A stretch of 64,000 nucleotides of DNA, taken from positions 11,904,001 through 11,968,000 of the forward strand of contig OX597821.1 of NCBI GenBank assembly GCA_951406725.2. The letters run 5' to 3'. The DNA comes from Octopus vulgaris. Lineage: Eukaryota. Of the stretch, positions 1-13,519 are shown in pieces. The notes under the pieces were generated by a model. The model worked only from the letters and a program-made list of their open reading frames with translations, made no database searches and was not told the DNA's origin. The first letter of the stretch is position 1, and the number at the start of each line of letters is the position of its first letter. The position numbers were made by a program, and so were the translations under genes.

Positions 1-18
1 GGGCCATTGCGCCTCCAC
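1..18 (-). mobile_element. 5' end of SINE family C, cut by the window edge
   Basis: gggccattgcgcctccac is identical to 26779-26796, the 5' end of a minus-strand copy. Confidence 0.7.
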
Positions 19-1268
19 TTTAAAGTAAGTATGCTTTAATATATTTTTAGATTAATAGTTTTTTATTATCTATCATTTTGTGTGTAGCCGGCAGTGGCTG
101 GAACAATCTTTTGAGGGAAGGAAAAATGCATCATGCTATTTCTTGCGGCTCTGTACCTTCTAAATTCAAAACTCTCTGTGGTCAATTTTGACTTTAACCA
201 TTCCAGTGTTAGTAAAACTAAAACACAATTTAATCACTACCGTCAAACCACCATCCGTTGAAATTTAATTTCTGGACTTGAGTCTACATTACAAACCATT
301 GAATACGAATTTAGTAACTCATATGGTGAAGGCAGAATAGCGGAAATCCAACGATTAACAGTTCAGATTCGAATGTAATTAACTGATCACTGTAGAATTT
401 CGTCTTCGAAGAGCATCTTTCTTTGTGTGTCTCAAATCCCCTTACACTGTTGAATTGCTGTGACTCAAGTCCTCTTACAACGTACGTTATGAATAGTTGT
501 TGTTTAAACGGAGAAATGCTGCAATGGCGATAGACATTAGCGATTAGATATTCCCAGAAAATATTGTAAACGAATTATATGATATTTCTCGTTGAACTAC
601 GTGCGTCTCATGAATTATTATTCATCTAGAAGATATCAGCGCTCATCAGAAAAAAAATTATTTGTAGTTTCTATAAATATGAACCTCTAATAACTTGTTA
701 CATCCATCAAATATGTATGACTAAGGAGACACTCTGTACGGTCGAAACACCACGGTACCTCTAAGTTCTTTTTCACCGATGAATTACTTATTCTATGAAC
801 AAATATAGTATAAAGTGGGTATATGTTCTCCTTTGATGGTAAACAACTGCGACCAGCTATTCAGGTTTGAATCTGCCAAAATGTATTTGAGACGGAAATG
901 ATATATTAGTATACATGACTTCATTTTCTGTCAAATGAAACCTTACAAAATTGGTCTGCACCATATCATTTACTTGTTTATTTGCTGCGTAATAACTGTG
1001 TTAAGACAGATTATCTAGTTACCAGTCGACGCTGATAGTTACAATTACCAAGAATGGTACCGATGGACAGAATATGAAAGTGATGGGAAGAAAGCACCCC
1101 CTCTCCGCCCCAAAAGATAAATAAATAAAAACGAATATTTTCTTAATACCTAACAAAGCCGTTTTTCTTTCAGAACCTTCAAACTGCGACTTCAATCGGC
1201 TTATTTTCAGAGGCAAGTTAAAAGAAAAAAACGTGGAACGTTAGGTCACAAACGCCAAATTAATTAAG

Positions 1269-1750
1269 TCTTCTTCTTCTTCTTCTTCTTCTTCTTCTTC
1301 TTCTTCTTCTTCTTCTTCTTCTTCTTCTTCTTCTTCTTCTTCTTCTTCTCTTCTTCTTTCTTCTTCTTCTTCTTCTTCTTCTTCTTCTTCTTCTTCTTCT
1401 TCTCCTTCTTCTTTTTCTACGTCTTCTTCTTCTTCTTCTTCTTCTCCTTCTTCTTCTTCTTCTTCTTCTTCTTCTTCTTCTTCAACGTCTTCTTCGTCTT
1501 CTTCTTCTTCTTCTTCTTCTTCTTCTTCTTCTTCTTCTTCTTCTTCTTCTTCTTCTTCTTCTTCTTCTTCTTCTTCTTCTTCTTCTACGTCTTCTTCCCC
1601 TTCCTCTTCCTCTTCTTCTTCTTCTTCTTCTTCAACGTCTTCTTCTTCTTCTTCTTCTTCTTCTTCTTCTTCTTCTTCTTCTTCTTCTTCTTCTTCTTCT
1701 TCTTCTTCTTCTTCTTCAACATCTTCTTCGTCTTCTTCTTCTTCTTCTTT
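1269..1750. repeat. Long interrupted (TTC)n microsatellite
   Basis: Directly visible; source of the poly-K pseudo-ORF. Confidence 0.97.
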
Positions 1751-2417
1751 TCGTTCCTCGTGAAGAAGAAGATGATAACAGAAATGATGGCGATAATCAT
1801 GCCAATGGTAATGATGAATATTATGTTGTGGTGGTGTTATTAACCGTGGCGGCGGTGGTTGTGGGGTTGTCGTGGTGGTGGTGTTGGTGGCGGCGGGGGT
1901 GGTTGTGGTGGTAGTGGTGGTGGTAGCGGTAGTGGAAGTAGGGCTGGTGTCGTTTCTGCTGATGACAACGTTAAAGACACCGACAAGGATAAATATGTCG
2001 GCTTTTTAATGTTGCTGCTGTTGCTGTTCATGTTACTAATTGGCTTAATTACTTATGACCTGCTTCTTGTATTTAATTAACGTTATTGATTTGCCTTCCA
2101 ATTAACTATATATGGTTGTTGTAGAAACAACAACCAAAATCTCATCGACAACATCAAAACAGCAAGGTAACCAGCTTTTGCAGGTATTCTACCTGGTTAA
2201 TGGATATCCTAGAAACAGCAGTCAAATTTCCCTTTTCCATATCAAAAAGATGCATTAGACATTGTGGCTTCAGTTATAGCTAACTCGTAAGGACACTCAT
2301 GACCAGTCTGATTTGATGTTGAAAAATTCTCGATCACATTAAACGAAGCATAAAACAATATGCAGTGAATAATTAAAAAAATAAATTAATAAATTAAATA
2401 AATAAATAAATACACAA

Positions 2418-3918
2418 TATATGTAAAAGAGAGATTCTGTCTGTTTGTTTCGTTTGTCCCGCAAAACATAAGTGAGACACCATCTCATTTATAAGCGTGG
2501 CTGTTTTGTCCACTTTCACACTTAAACTATGGTGATGATAATGATGATGGCCGTGTAACCAGAGCGAGCTAAAGGGCCAGTTTTCAAAGAATCGACACCT
2601 TTCAATTTCTCTCTCCCTCTCTCCATCCCTCTTTCTCCCTCTCTCTCTCTCCCTCTCTCTCTCCCTGCATCTCTCCCCTCTCTTCCCCTCTCTCCCCTTT
2701 CTCCTTCTCTCTCTCTAATGACTGCCACAGGTAAAAATAAAAATGAAAAAAAGCATTGTGTGGTCAATACGTTCAACTAAAATTTATTCAAGGCGGTGCC
2801 CCAGCATAGCCGCAATCTAATGACTAAATTAAGTAAAAGGTGGAAAAAACACAACGCCTTGTCCTGCATTCCTGTGATATAGCGTCGGAATTTCAGCAAA
2901 AACCCTGACACCATTCAGCATTTGCAAATTGATTTCACTATCACTTACTGATATTCACACATTATTTGTACATTCACTTCACTCCAGTTTACTTTATATT
3001 CCTTATGAAAAAATTTCTCATTCCCATAAGCTATTCTTCTATGTAATATAGGTGCAGGAGTGGCTGTGTGGTAAGTAGCGTGCATACCAACCACACGGTT
3101 CCGGGTTCAGTCCCACTGCGTGGCACCTTGGGTAAGTGTCTTCTACTATAGCCCCGGTCCGACCAAAGCATTCTGAGTGGATTTGGTAGACGGAAACTGA
3201 AAGAAGCCTGTCGTATATATGTATATATATATATATATGTATGTGTGTGTATATGTTTGTGTGTTTGTGTATGTTTGTGTGTCTGTGTTTTTTTCCCCCA
3301 ACATCGCTTGACAACCGATGCTGGTGTGTTTACGTCCCCGTAACTTAGCCGCTCGGCAAAAGAAAGAGATATAATAAGTACTAGGCTTACAAAGAATAAG
3401 TCCTTGGGTCGATTTGCTCGACTAAAGGCGGTGCTCCAGCATGGCCGCAGTCAAATGACGGAAACAAGTAAAAGAGTAAAAGTGCATATACTTATTTTCC
3501 TTGCATTACTGTAACATAGCGTCCGGATTTTATTTCATTATTACTTACTGATTTTTAATATAAAAAAATGTCACCTAAAAAAATGCAGTCACAAAACGAA
3601 CAGCAAACAAACGCACGACGTGCACCAGAAAACGACGACGAGGCACACTCACAACTTGCAGATCAGTAACAGAGAAAGAAAGCTCGACATGTATCTGAAA
3701 CCGAACATCAAGGAAATGCTAGAGAAATAAAATAATACAAAACTTACTTACTATTATCATATCATAAACAAACACAAGTTCATGTACGATATTCATCTTT
3801 CTTCTACTTTCAAATATTACAGATTTCTTTTCTAAAAATGCACTCGTGCATGTTCAATATGGCTCCTGATAAGCAGTAAAAATAGTTATCTGATCAGCGA
3901 CAGGTTTTACTACAAGTA
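2418..3918 (+). mobile_element. Possible degenerate Helitron, interrupted by SINEs
   Basis: About 3617-3723 translates RRAPENDDEAHSQLADQ*QRKKARHVSETEHQGNAR, resembling STPR-type repeats of RepHel N-termini; Helitron-like start near 2418; degenerate direct repeat 2858/3496; no clean CTAG end. Confidence 0.3.
3051..3482 (+). mobile_element. tRNA-derived SINE family A, full length
   Basis: A-box-like gtggctgtgtggtaag, B-box-like gggttcagtccc, internal (TA)n/(TG)n, gtaaaaga tail; homologous to copies at 41.2, 50.0 and 58.5 kb. Confidence 0.92.
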
Positions 3919-4127
3919 TATGCGTGTGTGTGTGTGTGTGTGTCTATTTTTGTCACCCATCATCATTTGACAATCGGTGTTGGGGAGTTTACGTCCCCGT
4001 AATTTATCGGTTTGGCACAAAAAACCGGTAGACTAAGTACTAGGCCTCAAAATAAGTCCTGAGATCGACTTGCTCGACTAAAGCCCTTCAACGTTGTGCT
4101 CCAGCATGACTGAAACAAGTAAAAGAA
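3919..4127 (+). mobile_element. SINE family A, diverged 3' half
   Basis: ttgacaatcggtgttg...tttacgtccccgtaa...taagtactagg...gactgaaacaagtaaaaga. Confidence 0.85.
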
Positions 4128-5013
4128 TTAAAGAATAGATAAATAAAAAGCAACAACAAAAGCCAACAAGAATATCAGCAGCATGAACATCATACCATTC
4201 GTATAAGTGGTCACTTGATGTGCTGGAGGCAGCAGCCTATTAATACTCAAACCACACTGTATTAAACAAACAACAATCAATGTCACTTTCTGTAAACACA
4301 GCATCGTAAGCCAGTTACCGAATAACATGTATAAATCCTTGGATTAAATAAGCGATGTCAGTACAGAATTCTGCTGCGGTCTTTTTGTATCAGTGTTTCG
4401 TAGAGACATATTCTGTACGTGATATTCACGCTTTCTCACTCAGCGACGCTGATAAGTTCCAAACATATATGCTCAGTAAATCCATGATTTACTGGAACTC
4501 TTGGATTTATTATTCACTTTCACAACCTTCTCACAAATGTACCATATTTTGATTAACTTCCATTCATTTTCCAATCCAGGAATTCATTCATTCCTTCTGT
4601 TTCTCTCTCTATAAGTCAATTATTTTTAGGGACACTGTGCTTCGATTTGTAATCTTAATACACCACCAAGTATATTATCGGTTTATAAGTCAATAGGGTG
4701 TCCTACGTTTGAGTTAACAGTGCAATTTAATCACTTTTAAGTTATCCCTTCATATTTTTTTATTGAATTTAGAGCCTGCGTTGAAAGTTATGACGTTTTG
4801 TATACGAAAACATCTAGGAAGACAATACGTAGTTCAGGAGTTATTGCCTTTTCTTGAGCTGTACATCTAACCCATTAACCATCCATGAAGACGTTGCTTA
4901 AATACCCACGAATTTTAAAAGTGTAAAATTACTTGATAAGCCAATGTACATATTAAAAGTATTAAATTATGAAGCAATATTGACTTATAAATCTTTAATA
5001 TATTTGGTATAGA

Positions 5014-5840
5014 AAAATATGAGCAAGAGAAATAATATTCTTAAGATTATAATCTTGGAAATGTACAGGACAAATCTCTACGCTTGGAAAAGTTCAGGAC
5101 AGGTTATTACATTTGGTAAAGTATAGAACAACAAAAATGTTATTTCAAATATTGCAGCTAAAGATAAAATTTCAAATAAAATATTTAGATTTAGCAAATA
5201 TTAACTTTTAGTAAAACTAAACATTTTATTACGTCTATTTGTTATTACCTGTTACTTGTATTGAAAATAAGAAATAGCTCAAAGTAGTTTTGTACTTTGA
5301 AAAAAATCATTTAAAAAAAATTATTAATTAATAATTACAAATTTGAAAATAGGTTATGAAAAATAATAGTATTACATAATTAGTTAGTACAATAAATAGA
5401 ATAATAGAAATAATTAGTTATATTTTACGGTAAAATCTAACTTTAAACAACAAAAGAACAGTAAACTGCTTGAGTTATTGCCTAAGTTATTGCCATCCGA
5501 TATTTTACATAATAAATTTGCCTATTCTATTCCACTTTGCAGAAAACTTTAGCTATATTTGGTACTTCTGACTCTCATTTTTTAAGTATTCTAGTGTGTG
5601 AACATTTTAACAAAATGATGCTACCTTTTTTTAATTATAATGTTATTTTGTAAATTAAAATCAAACAATTTTTAATATTCAAATTTTATCCTTAGCTACA
5701 ACATTTTAAGCAAGAGTTTTCTTGTTCTGTACTTTACCAGATGTAATAACTTGTCCTGCACTTTTCTAAATGCAATAACTATCCCTGTACTTTTCCAGGT
5801 TTATAATCTTAGGGATATGATTTCTTTTGTTGCATTTTCC
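5014..5840. mobile_element. Old inverted-repeat (MITE/foldback-like) element
   Basis: 5014-5182 is the diverged reverse complement of 5675-5840; arms contain subrepeats of about 29 bp (ttgg-aaagt-cagga-ca). Confidence 0.65.
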
Positions 5841-5984
5841 ATGTAATCCATGTTTTTCCCAGGCCATACTATTATGCTGCTTAATAATGTGTCAATTAAT
5901 AATTTAATATTTTACCTTATTGAAAATTGAATAATAGATTTAAACTCTGTGTTATGTGTGTGTGTATGAGAGAGACAGAGAGAG

Positions 5985-6371
5985 AGAGAGAGAGAGGGAG
6001 AAGGTGTGTGTTGTGGTTGTGTGAGTTTCTGAGGGAGAGTGACAGCGTAATTTTTTATTTATTTATTCTCGCATCTTTTTGAGCGAGTGAGAGTGATTGA
6101 CTGAGAGAGAGAGGTGTGTTGTCAGAGAGAAAGAAAGAGAGGGAGAGCAGGAGGGAGTGTTAGCGTACTTTGTATTTACTTTAGCTCGCATATTTTTTAG
6201 TTTGTGTTAGACTGAGAGGGAGAGTTAGAGGAGTGTTGTCAGAGAAAGAGAGAGAGAGAGAGAGGGGTGTTCTTGCTCTGTGTGCATGTGAGAGAAAGAA
6301 AAAAGGAGAGAGTAATAGCGGGAGTTTTTTCAGTTATTTAGTTTTACTTGCATCCTTTTGTAGGGAGTGAA

Positions 6372-6408
<37 letters not shown>

Positions 6409-6790
6409 TTTTGTCATGTATGTGTAAAATGACTAGGGTCAGTTACACACGCATACACACAGATACGTTCACCCATTATCTGTCGTATACGCGTACATAC
6501 ATAAATATATGTTTTTTTATACGTGTAAGGGAGAGAGAAAAAGTCAGTCACTGGCTGAAGTTGTGTGTTCTCATGACAATTGCTTTGTACAAGTAGCTAA
6601 GTAAAATTTACACTGTCACTCTCTCTCTTTCTCTCTCTCTCTCTCAGTCAATCACTCACACATTTACTGAAAAATGATCCGAGAAAAAATTTTTTTTAAA
6701 TGCACACTCTCATTCTCTCTTCTCTCTTCTCTCTCTCTCACCTACACACACAACACACTCTTTCTGTCTCGCACGCCCCACATCAACACA
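5985..6790. repeat. About three diverged tandem units of about 120 bp plus an inverted copy
   Basis: Recurring gagtg..agcgta...ctcgcat.ttttt...gactgagag units at 6000-6410; inverted tcagtcaatcactc...ccgaga copy at 6600-6790. Confidence 0.55.
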
Positions 6791-7904
6791 TACACAAGTC
6801 CATGTCCATTTCCCTTCTCTTACACTTTATGCTGACTTCAGATAAAATATACATTTCCACTCACAAAAAAAAATAATAAATTTTTACGGAATTTACCGAA
6901 TACCGCAAGGTAACAGCTAGGCTACGTGCACGCGCCTTCGAGTTAAAACGAAAGATTGCCAAAATGGCTAGGCTATTGCCAAATTTCTAAATAATATTTC
7001 AAGTCTTTCATTTTTATAATTGCATTAATTAATACTGATGACATAATTAAGCTAATTGCAAATTAGCGGTGGCGTTGATAATGTTTTCCTTACCTCAATG
7101 AAGCCGATGATATACATTAAAAGTCCTTTATAGAACTGTATTCATAAAATAGTATAGAAATATATAATCACCCTCAAATTTGGGAAACAAACACTCATAA
7201 CTTTTTTCTGTTAAAACTTCACTGCATGAGATTGATACCATGAAATTCCTAGAATTGAGCTCTATCATTTAAGCTTAATTAAAATATAGTTTGATTTTAA
7301 AAGAAAAAATATAATTACACTTAAATCCAACTTTTTGTCTTATATATTTTTTCATGACAATTTACCTTACAACTTTTGTGATACAAATTTTTGTTGCATG
7401 AGATCAAAACTATGAAATTGTTCATACTTTCTTCTATCATTAGGCTAAAATAAATATATTTTGCTTTTAAAATATAAAATAAGTTATTTAGATCTAAACT
7501 TGATTGGAGGCGTTACTTACTCTCCTGTAACCTTGCTACAAGTTTTCATGTAATTTTTTTTAATAGCCCAAATCTCAATGTATTTATGCGAAAATCAAGC
7601 TCCAAAAATTGTTAGCAGTTTTCAATTTGGTTAAGAATTGAATTAACGACAAAGCTTTGAAGATGATACATGTGAGTAATTTGCAGCCTTCAAATACTAC
7701 CGTGATTGAATAATGGTTGGAAAACGAAGTATTGTGTTCCTACCAGCAATATATATTTATGTACCAGTTGCCAGGTATATGTTTAATATGTAAATTGGTC
7801 TATTCAATAGTGCTACACCGCTAAACATTGTGGCTTTTAAACCAATAAGTTCATGGATAGTCAATTGTGTGTATCCGGTGATGAAGCAGGAAGAAGAACT
7901 CCTG

Positions 7905-7932
<28 letters not shown>

Positions 7933-7935
<3 letters not shown>

Positions 7936-8241
7936 ACATAAGGGACTAAAGCCATCTGAATATGGCTAGGGACAGGGCAGGGTGGTGGGGGTGTTACTGT
8001 TGCATTTTAGCCCCAGGCGAACATCAACGTCGCCAGATAGGTTTGACACCATCACGGTGTCCTTTATCCTGCAAAGGACACCGTGATGGTGTCAAGCCTA
8101 TCTGGCGACGTTGATGTTCGCCTGGGGCTAAATGCAACAGTAACACCCCCACCACCCTGCCCTGTCCCTAGCCATATTCAGATGGCTTTAGTCCCTTATG
8201 TTATGGAGCAGTTACTGTCTATATCTCATTTAGAGAATTAT

Positions 8242-8245
<4 letters not shown>
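7933..8245. mobile_element. Hairpin insertion in (TA)n, probably PLE-derived
   Basis: Arms 7933-8065 and 8073-8204 are nearly perfect reverse complements around a 7-nt loop; right arm extends to 8245; (TA)n on both sides; homologous to the 31.2 kb element. Confidence 0.85.
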
Positions 8246-8301
<56 letters not shown>

Positions 8302-8594
8302 TATATATACATATACACCCATTACCTATTTTTCTTTCTTCAATCGCATACTTACATAGATGTATTTGTGTAAAATAGTCAAAATATTCAGTATTGGATC
8401 AAAAGTCCATAATTTTTATAGAAAATGTACAGAGATAACGTGAAATCTCTCTGTATTATGCCTGTTATGAGGGTGTGATTTATTCCTCTATTTCATCCAC
8501 TTCCCGTGAGTAATTGTGTGTATAAATTCATCAGGAACTTATAAACAAAATAAATTTTCTCTATAACAATTCTATCCTTGTATTTTCGTTTCGC

Positions 8595-9210
8595 ACTGTA
8601 TTTTCTTCTGAAATCGCATAACAGACGTTTCAAAGACATGATTAAGTAAAATTGAATTAGCAAAAGGCTTGTATATATCCTTCTCAGTTATACTCCAGTA
8701 GATTCGTAGGTTTAACATAAAAACACATTGCGCACTTTGAAAGTATCCGGCATATGCATTACTGTTCAATTTATGCTACCATGCAATTTTCATTAAGTGG
8801 TGCAAATGCTAAATCCTCTATTGGTACGACGAAGCTTATGAGAATTGCAAAGGGGAGAAAAGGAAACTATTGTGTCCTCGTGCATAAGGATATAGGCAAC
8901 AATAGTTTCGAAGTTAGTGACAAGTGGCTCCAGCGATTGAGAAATCACTATAAAATGAGTAATTAGATTTCCCATGATGAAGCATACTGTACAACGACTG
9001 AAGAAATCGATCCTTTCGAGAGAAAAAAATTGAAAATGCTCTTCATGTCCTTAATGTATAAATGATGTGAAATTATATTAACTGGTTTCACTGCCTCGGA
9101 ATAAACAAAATTGTAAGAAAATTGGTCGAAAATTTAGAAAGAAATGTGTTTCGGCAATTTGCTCTCGAAATGTTGCAAATTCGCGTGTTTTGAAGGTAAA
9201 ATGCATACAG
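8595..9210 (+). mobile_element. pogo/Tigger-like DNA transposon remnant
   Basis: ORF 8754-8966 KDIGNNSFEVSDKWLQRLRNHYKMS resembles the CENP-B-type HTH motif F.AS.GWL.RF; degenerate TIRs ctgtattttc / aaaatgcatacag. Confidence 0.55.
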
Positions 9211-9925
9211 TGTTAGTGCATTTTTACCACGGCTTGTATTCTAGGTATTCTAGGTTCAACATGCATATTTTTAATAATTGTATTTTCTCGTATTTCATTC
9301 CTAAAGTTCAGAAATAGAAGGAAGATCTCCCCAAATTGTTCGCTAATGTGGTGAAGGCAACTGATCGTCAACAACTTGTTAGACATTTTGGAAACAGAAG
9401 GTTCATGATCTTGTCACAGTAGGCTAATTTCATGATCCTAATGATGTATTACGGTAAAGTGAAACTGGCAGCAGCTATAATAGCAAAAATAGTTGGATCA
9501 AATTTGGAGAATAATAGAACTGAATGTAGAAGGGGAAAATCACTTTTACCAACTTCAAGAACTCCAAGTAGTTTAATAACTTGGAATTTAGTTGTTTCAT
9601 GCAAAGCAATGACGAAAATAATTTTAAACAACGAAGACTAGTAACGAAATCTCTTTCTGTGAAAGAAAAAAAAAAGCCATAACATCTCAGAAGAATTCGT
9701 CTTCGTTAGAGGAAAAAGGCATGGTGATAATTGAAATTCTTCTCGCTATAACACCTGAAACGGTTAAATAGGGACAAAATGCAATCTCAGTTAAATATAT
9801 TATGATGTAATGAATAATAATACATATAACTTCAACCGCGTTTTAACTAAAAGAGCAACAGCAAAAACAGTAGACGACAAGACAACGACAGCAAGCAGAA
9901 TAAACGTTAAGAAGAATTATGACAT

Positions 9926-9995
9926 GATCATCATCATCGTCATCATCACCATCATAATCATCATCATCATCATCATCATCACCACCACAACCACC

Positions 9996-10026
<31 letters not shown>

Positions 10027-10059
10027 CCACCACCACCACCACAACCACCACCACCACAA

Positions 10060-10098
<39 letters not shown>

Positions 10099-10702
10099 TC
10101 ATCATCACCACCACCACCACCACCACAACCATCATCATCATCATCCTCATCATCATCATCAGCTGCTGCTGCTGCTCCAGGGCAGTAGGAGCTGCAGCAG
10201 CACTGTCATCATCATCGTTCACATCATTTGTAACATCATCACTTGATTGTAGTGAAGTAACATAATTAAAAAAAAGATTAAAAAGCAATGTTAATTTTAA
10301 AACAGCGATTAAGTAGAAAAGACGAAGATGGAGAAGGAAGAGAGGTGGAAGAAGAAGACGAGGATGAGAAGGAGAAGAGAAGGAAGTTGGTGGTGGAGGA
10401 GGAGGCTAATGAGAAGCAACTTAAACAGCAGGAAAAATTTTTAAAAGTCCAATAACAATAAAGCAAAAACAAAACATATTAGTAAAAAAGGGGAAGGTAG
10501 GAGACCACAAACTATAAGAAGAAAAACAATAAAAAATCAGAAAATGGACAATAACAACATTAACAGCAACAAATATAAATTCTGTTGAAACTGAACCAAT
10601 AGCCAGTAAAAGCCATAAAAATGCGTGGTTTCGTCTTCCTCCTAAACATCAACACCATCGCTATCAACACCGAAATCATCATGAACATCATCATCATCCT
10701 CA

Positions 10703-10737
<35 letters not shown>

Positions 10738-10928
10738 ATCAACATCATCATCACCATCATCATCAGCCGGTTTCTCGTCATTGTAACCGTAATTATCATC
10801 ATCATCATCGTCATCATCATCACGAACATCCTCATACTTCTTACCTTTTCCTCCGCCTCATCATCATCGTTATGCCGTCGTTCTCTCCATCATCATCATC
10901 ATTATCATCATCATCGTCATCACCATCG

Positions 10929-10959
<31 letters not shown>

Positions 10960-11110
10960 AATCATCATCATCATCATCATCACAATAACCGTCAACATTA
11001 ATACCGTCAACAAATAATATCCATCATCGTCATATTTCAAAAGTCCCACACTCATCGGAATTACCATTGTCGTTGTCATCATCAACACCTCGTCCTCATC
11101 ATCATCCCCC
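9926..11110. repeat. Compound (CAT)n/(CAC)n/(CGT)n trinucleotide microsatellites
   Basis: Directly visible tracts at 9926-10170 and 10660-11110. Confidence 0.9.
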
Positions 11111-11490
11111 ATGTTACTGCTACAATCCCCTACCATAAAAACCATGTTTACCAGATGCACAAACAATGAAACAGTATTAGTGCAGTCGCAGGAAAGTTAT
11201 CCTAAAATCACAATCAGGATTTTTGTTCAGTTTTCTTTAATTTTTTTAAAAAGGAATTTGAGGTAAAATCGATAATGCACTCTTAGATAAAGTGTATCAA
11301 AAGAGAAAAAAAAAAAACCGGAATGGTCAATGTTGCTGTGTCTCTAATTAACTGTTGGCATAACTCCATTAGATCCGGAGCTATACGAAAGGAATAATTC
11401 TTTGTAATTATGACACGAGCACAACAATTTTGAGGGGAAGCGGCAAGTTGTTTACATCAACCTCAGTGCGTAACTGGTACTTACTTCAGT

Positions 11491-11725
11491 TTGGCGGCGA
11501 TCTGGCAGAATCGTTAGCACGCCGGGCGAAATGCCTAGCCGTATTTCATCTGCCGTTACATTCTGACTTCAAATTCCGCCGAGGTTGACTTTGCCTTTCA
11601 TCCTTTCGGGGGTCGATAAATTAAGTACCAGTTGCGCACTAGGGGTCGATGTAATCGACTTAATCCGTTTGTCTGTCCTTGTTTGTCCCCTCTATGTTTA
11701 GCCCCTTATGGGTAGTAAAGAAATA
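11491..11725 (+). mobile_element. tRNA-derived SINE family B
   Basis: 15-bp TSD ggtacttacttcagt at 11476-11490 and 11726-11740; homologous to copies at 12.3, 32.1, 48.0 and 48.7 kb. Confidence 0.93.
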
Positions 11726-12268
11726 GGTACTTACTTCAGTGACTCTGAAGTCATGTATGACGAAGTCAACCTCAGCACGATGTGGGCTGATGAAGTCCAA
11801 ATTCATCAGTCCATGTTGTGTTTCGTCGACACTGTTATGTCCTTCTTTGAACTTTATATGCAACCTAATAATGTGGACATTTAACAAGGTTACAACGATA
11901 CAAATATAAATCAGAAACAATACGTAACAAACAATATCTCTTCTCAACGACTTTTACAACTGTCTTCACAAAGCGCCTGCGCACACCACACTGTTCCTCA
12001 CTGACATTTATACGGTTTAGGACAGTTGACTTGCTATCTCACATGAGTGTCATGATTTCACCACAACAGTACGGGTTCTCTTAATGGAGTGCGGGAAAAC
12101 AGGTAAAGCATGTTGTCCACCGCACTAAAGAGTCTTGACCAAAGAATCATTATGATAATCCTTTATAATTTAGGCGCAAGGTCAGCAATATCAGACGTTG
12201 TGCGTTAGTCGATACCATCAACTTTATTTCATCGACACTAAAAGGATAAAAAAACCGAGTTGAACACA

Positions 12269-12506
12269 TATTTCCTTACTGCCAACAAGGGGCTACACAC
12301 AGAGGGGACAAACAAGGTGAGACAAACGGATTAAGTCAATTATACCGACCCCCAATACGTAACCGGTACTTATTTAATCGACCACGAAAGGATGAAAGGT
12401 GAAGTCGACCTTGGCGGAATTTGAACTCAGAACGTGGCAGACGAAATACCGCTAAGCATTTCGCCTGGCCTGCTAACGTGTCTGCCAGCTCGCCGCCTTT
12501 CAACTT
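12269..12506 (-). mobile_element. SINE family B
   Basis: 11-bp TSD agttgaacaca at 12258-12268 and 12507-12517. Confidence 0.92.
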
Positions 12507-12884
12507 AGTTGAACACAGGGAGATTTGTGTTTAGTGTCAAGATTCTTAAGAAAATACTGTAAATCTTTTGGCCCGGTGCTCTACAGATTCTTCTAATTCA
12601 ACACATTGAAAACATCTATAATCTTTCCAATTTAGGAATGTGCCAGCAATTAGGAGGATAGCAGATTTTTTTAAGGCAATTAGTTCGGCCTTAATACTTG
12701 AATGATATTTAGACCGAAAAACTATGAAAACTAAAGTGGTCCATTCGTATTTGGGTCCAGGTACTTATGAGCCAGAAGAATACCCGTTATACATTTTATC
12801 AGGAGCTCCGACACAACTGACAATCCACCACCCTAATGACAGCTGTAACATTTCTCAATCTAACATAGACACAAGGTCTGAAAT

Positions 12885-13060
12885 TGTGGTTGGAGAGGAA
12901 GGGCTAGTAGATTACATTAATCCGATAATCAACTGGTACTTATATATCATCGACCCCGAAAGGCTGACAGGTAAAGTTGCCCCCGGCGAAATTTGAACTC
13001 CTAGCATAAAACCGGACGAAATGCCGCTTAACGTTTTGCCCGGAGCACTAACGACTCTCC
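12885..13060 (-). mobile_element. Older SINE B-related copy
   Basis: aactggtactta...atcgaccccgaaagg...aatttgaactc...gacgaaatgccgct. Confidence 0.75.
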
Positions 13061-13166
13061 CTGTTCACCGCTCTAAACATTTAACCAAGATGGCGTGCAA
13101 TGAGACTGCACGTGAAATCGTGTGATTGTGAAGCAAGCTTCTTACAATACAACTACGCCAGCATCT

Positions 13167-13192
13167 AAATAATAATAATAATAATAATAATA

Positions 13193-13257
<65 letters not shown>

Positions 13258-13283
13258 GGTGGTGGTGGTGGTGGTGGTGGTGG

Positions 13284-13345
<62 letters not shown>

Positions 13346-13360
13346 ATGATGTGGTGGTGA

Positions 13361-13394
<34 letters not shown>

Positions 13395-13488
13395 GGTGAT
13401 GATGATGATGATGCTGATGATGATGCTGATGGTGATGATGCTGATGGTGATGATGATGCTGCTGATGATGATGGTGTTGATGATGATG

Positions 13489-13519
<31 letters not shown>

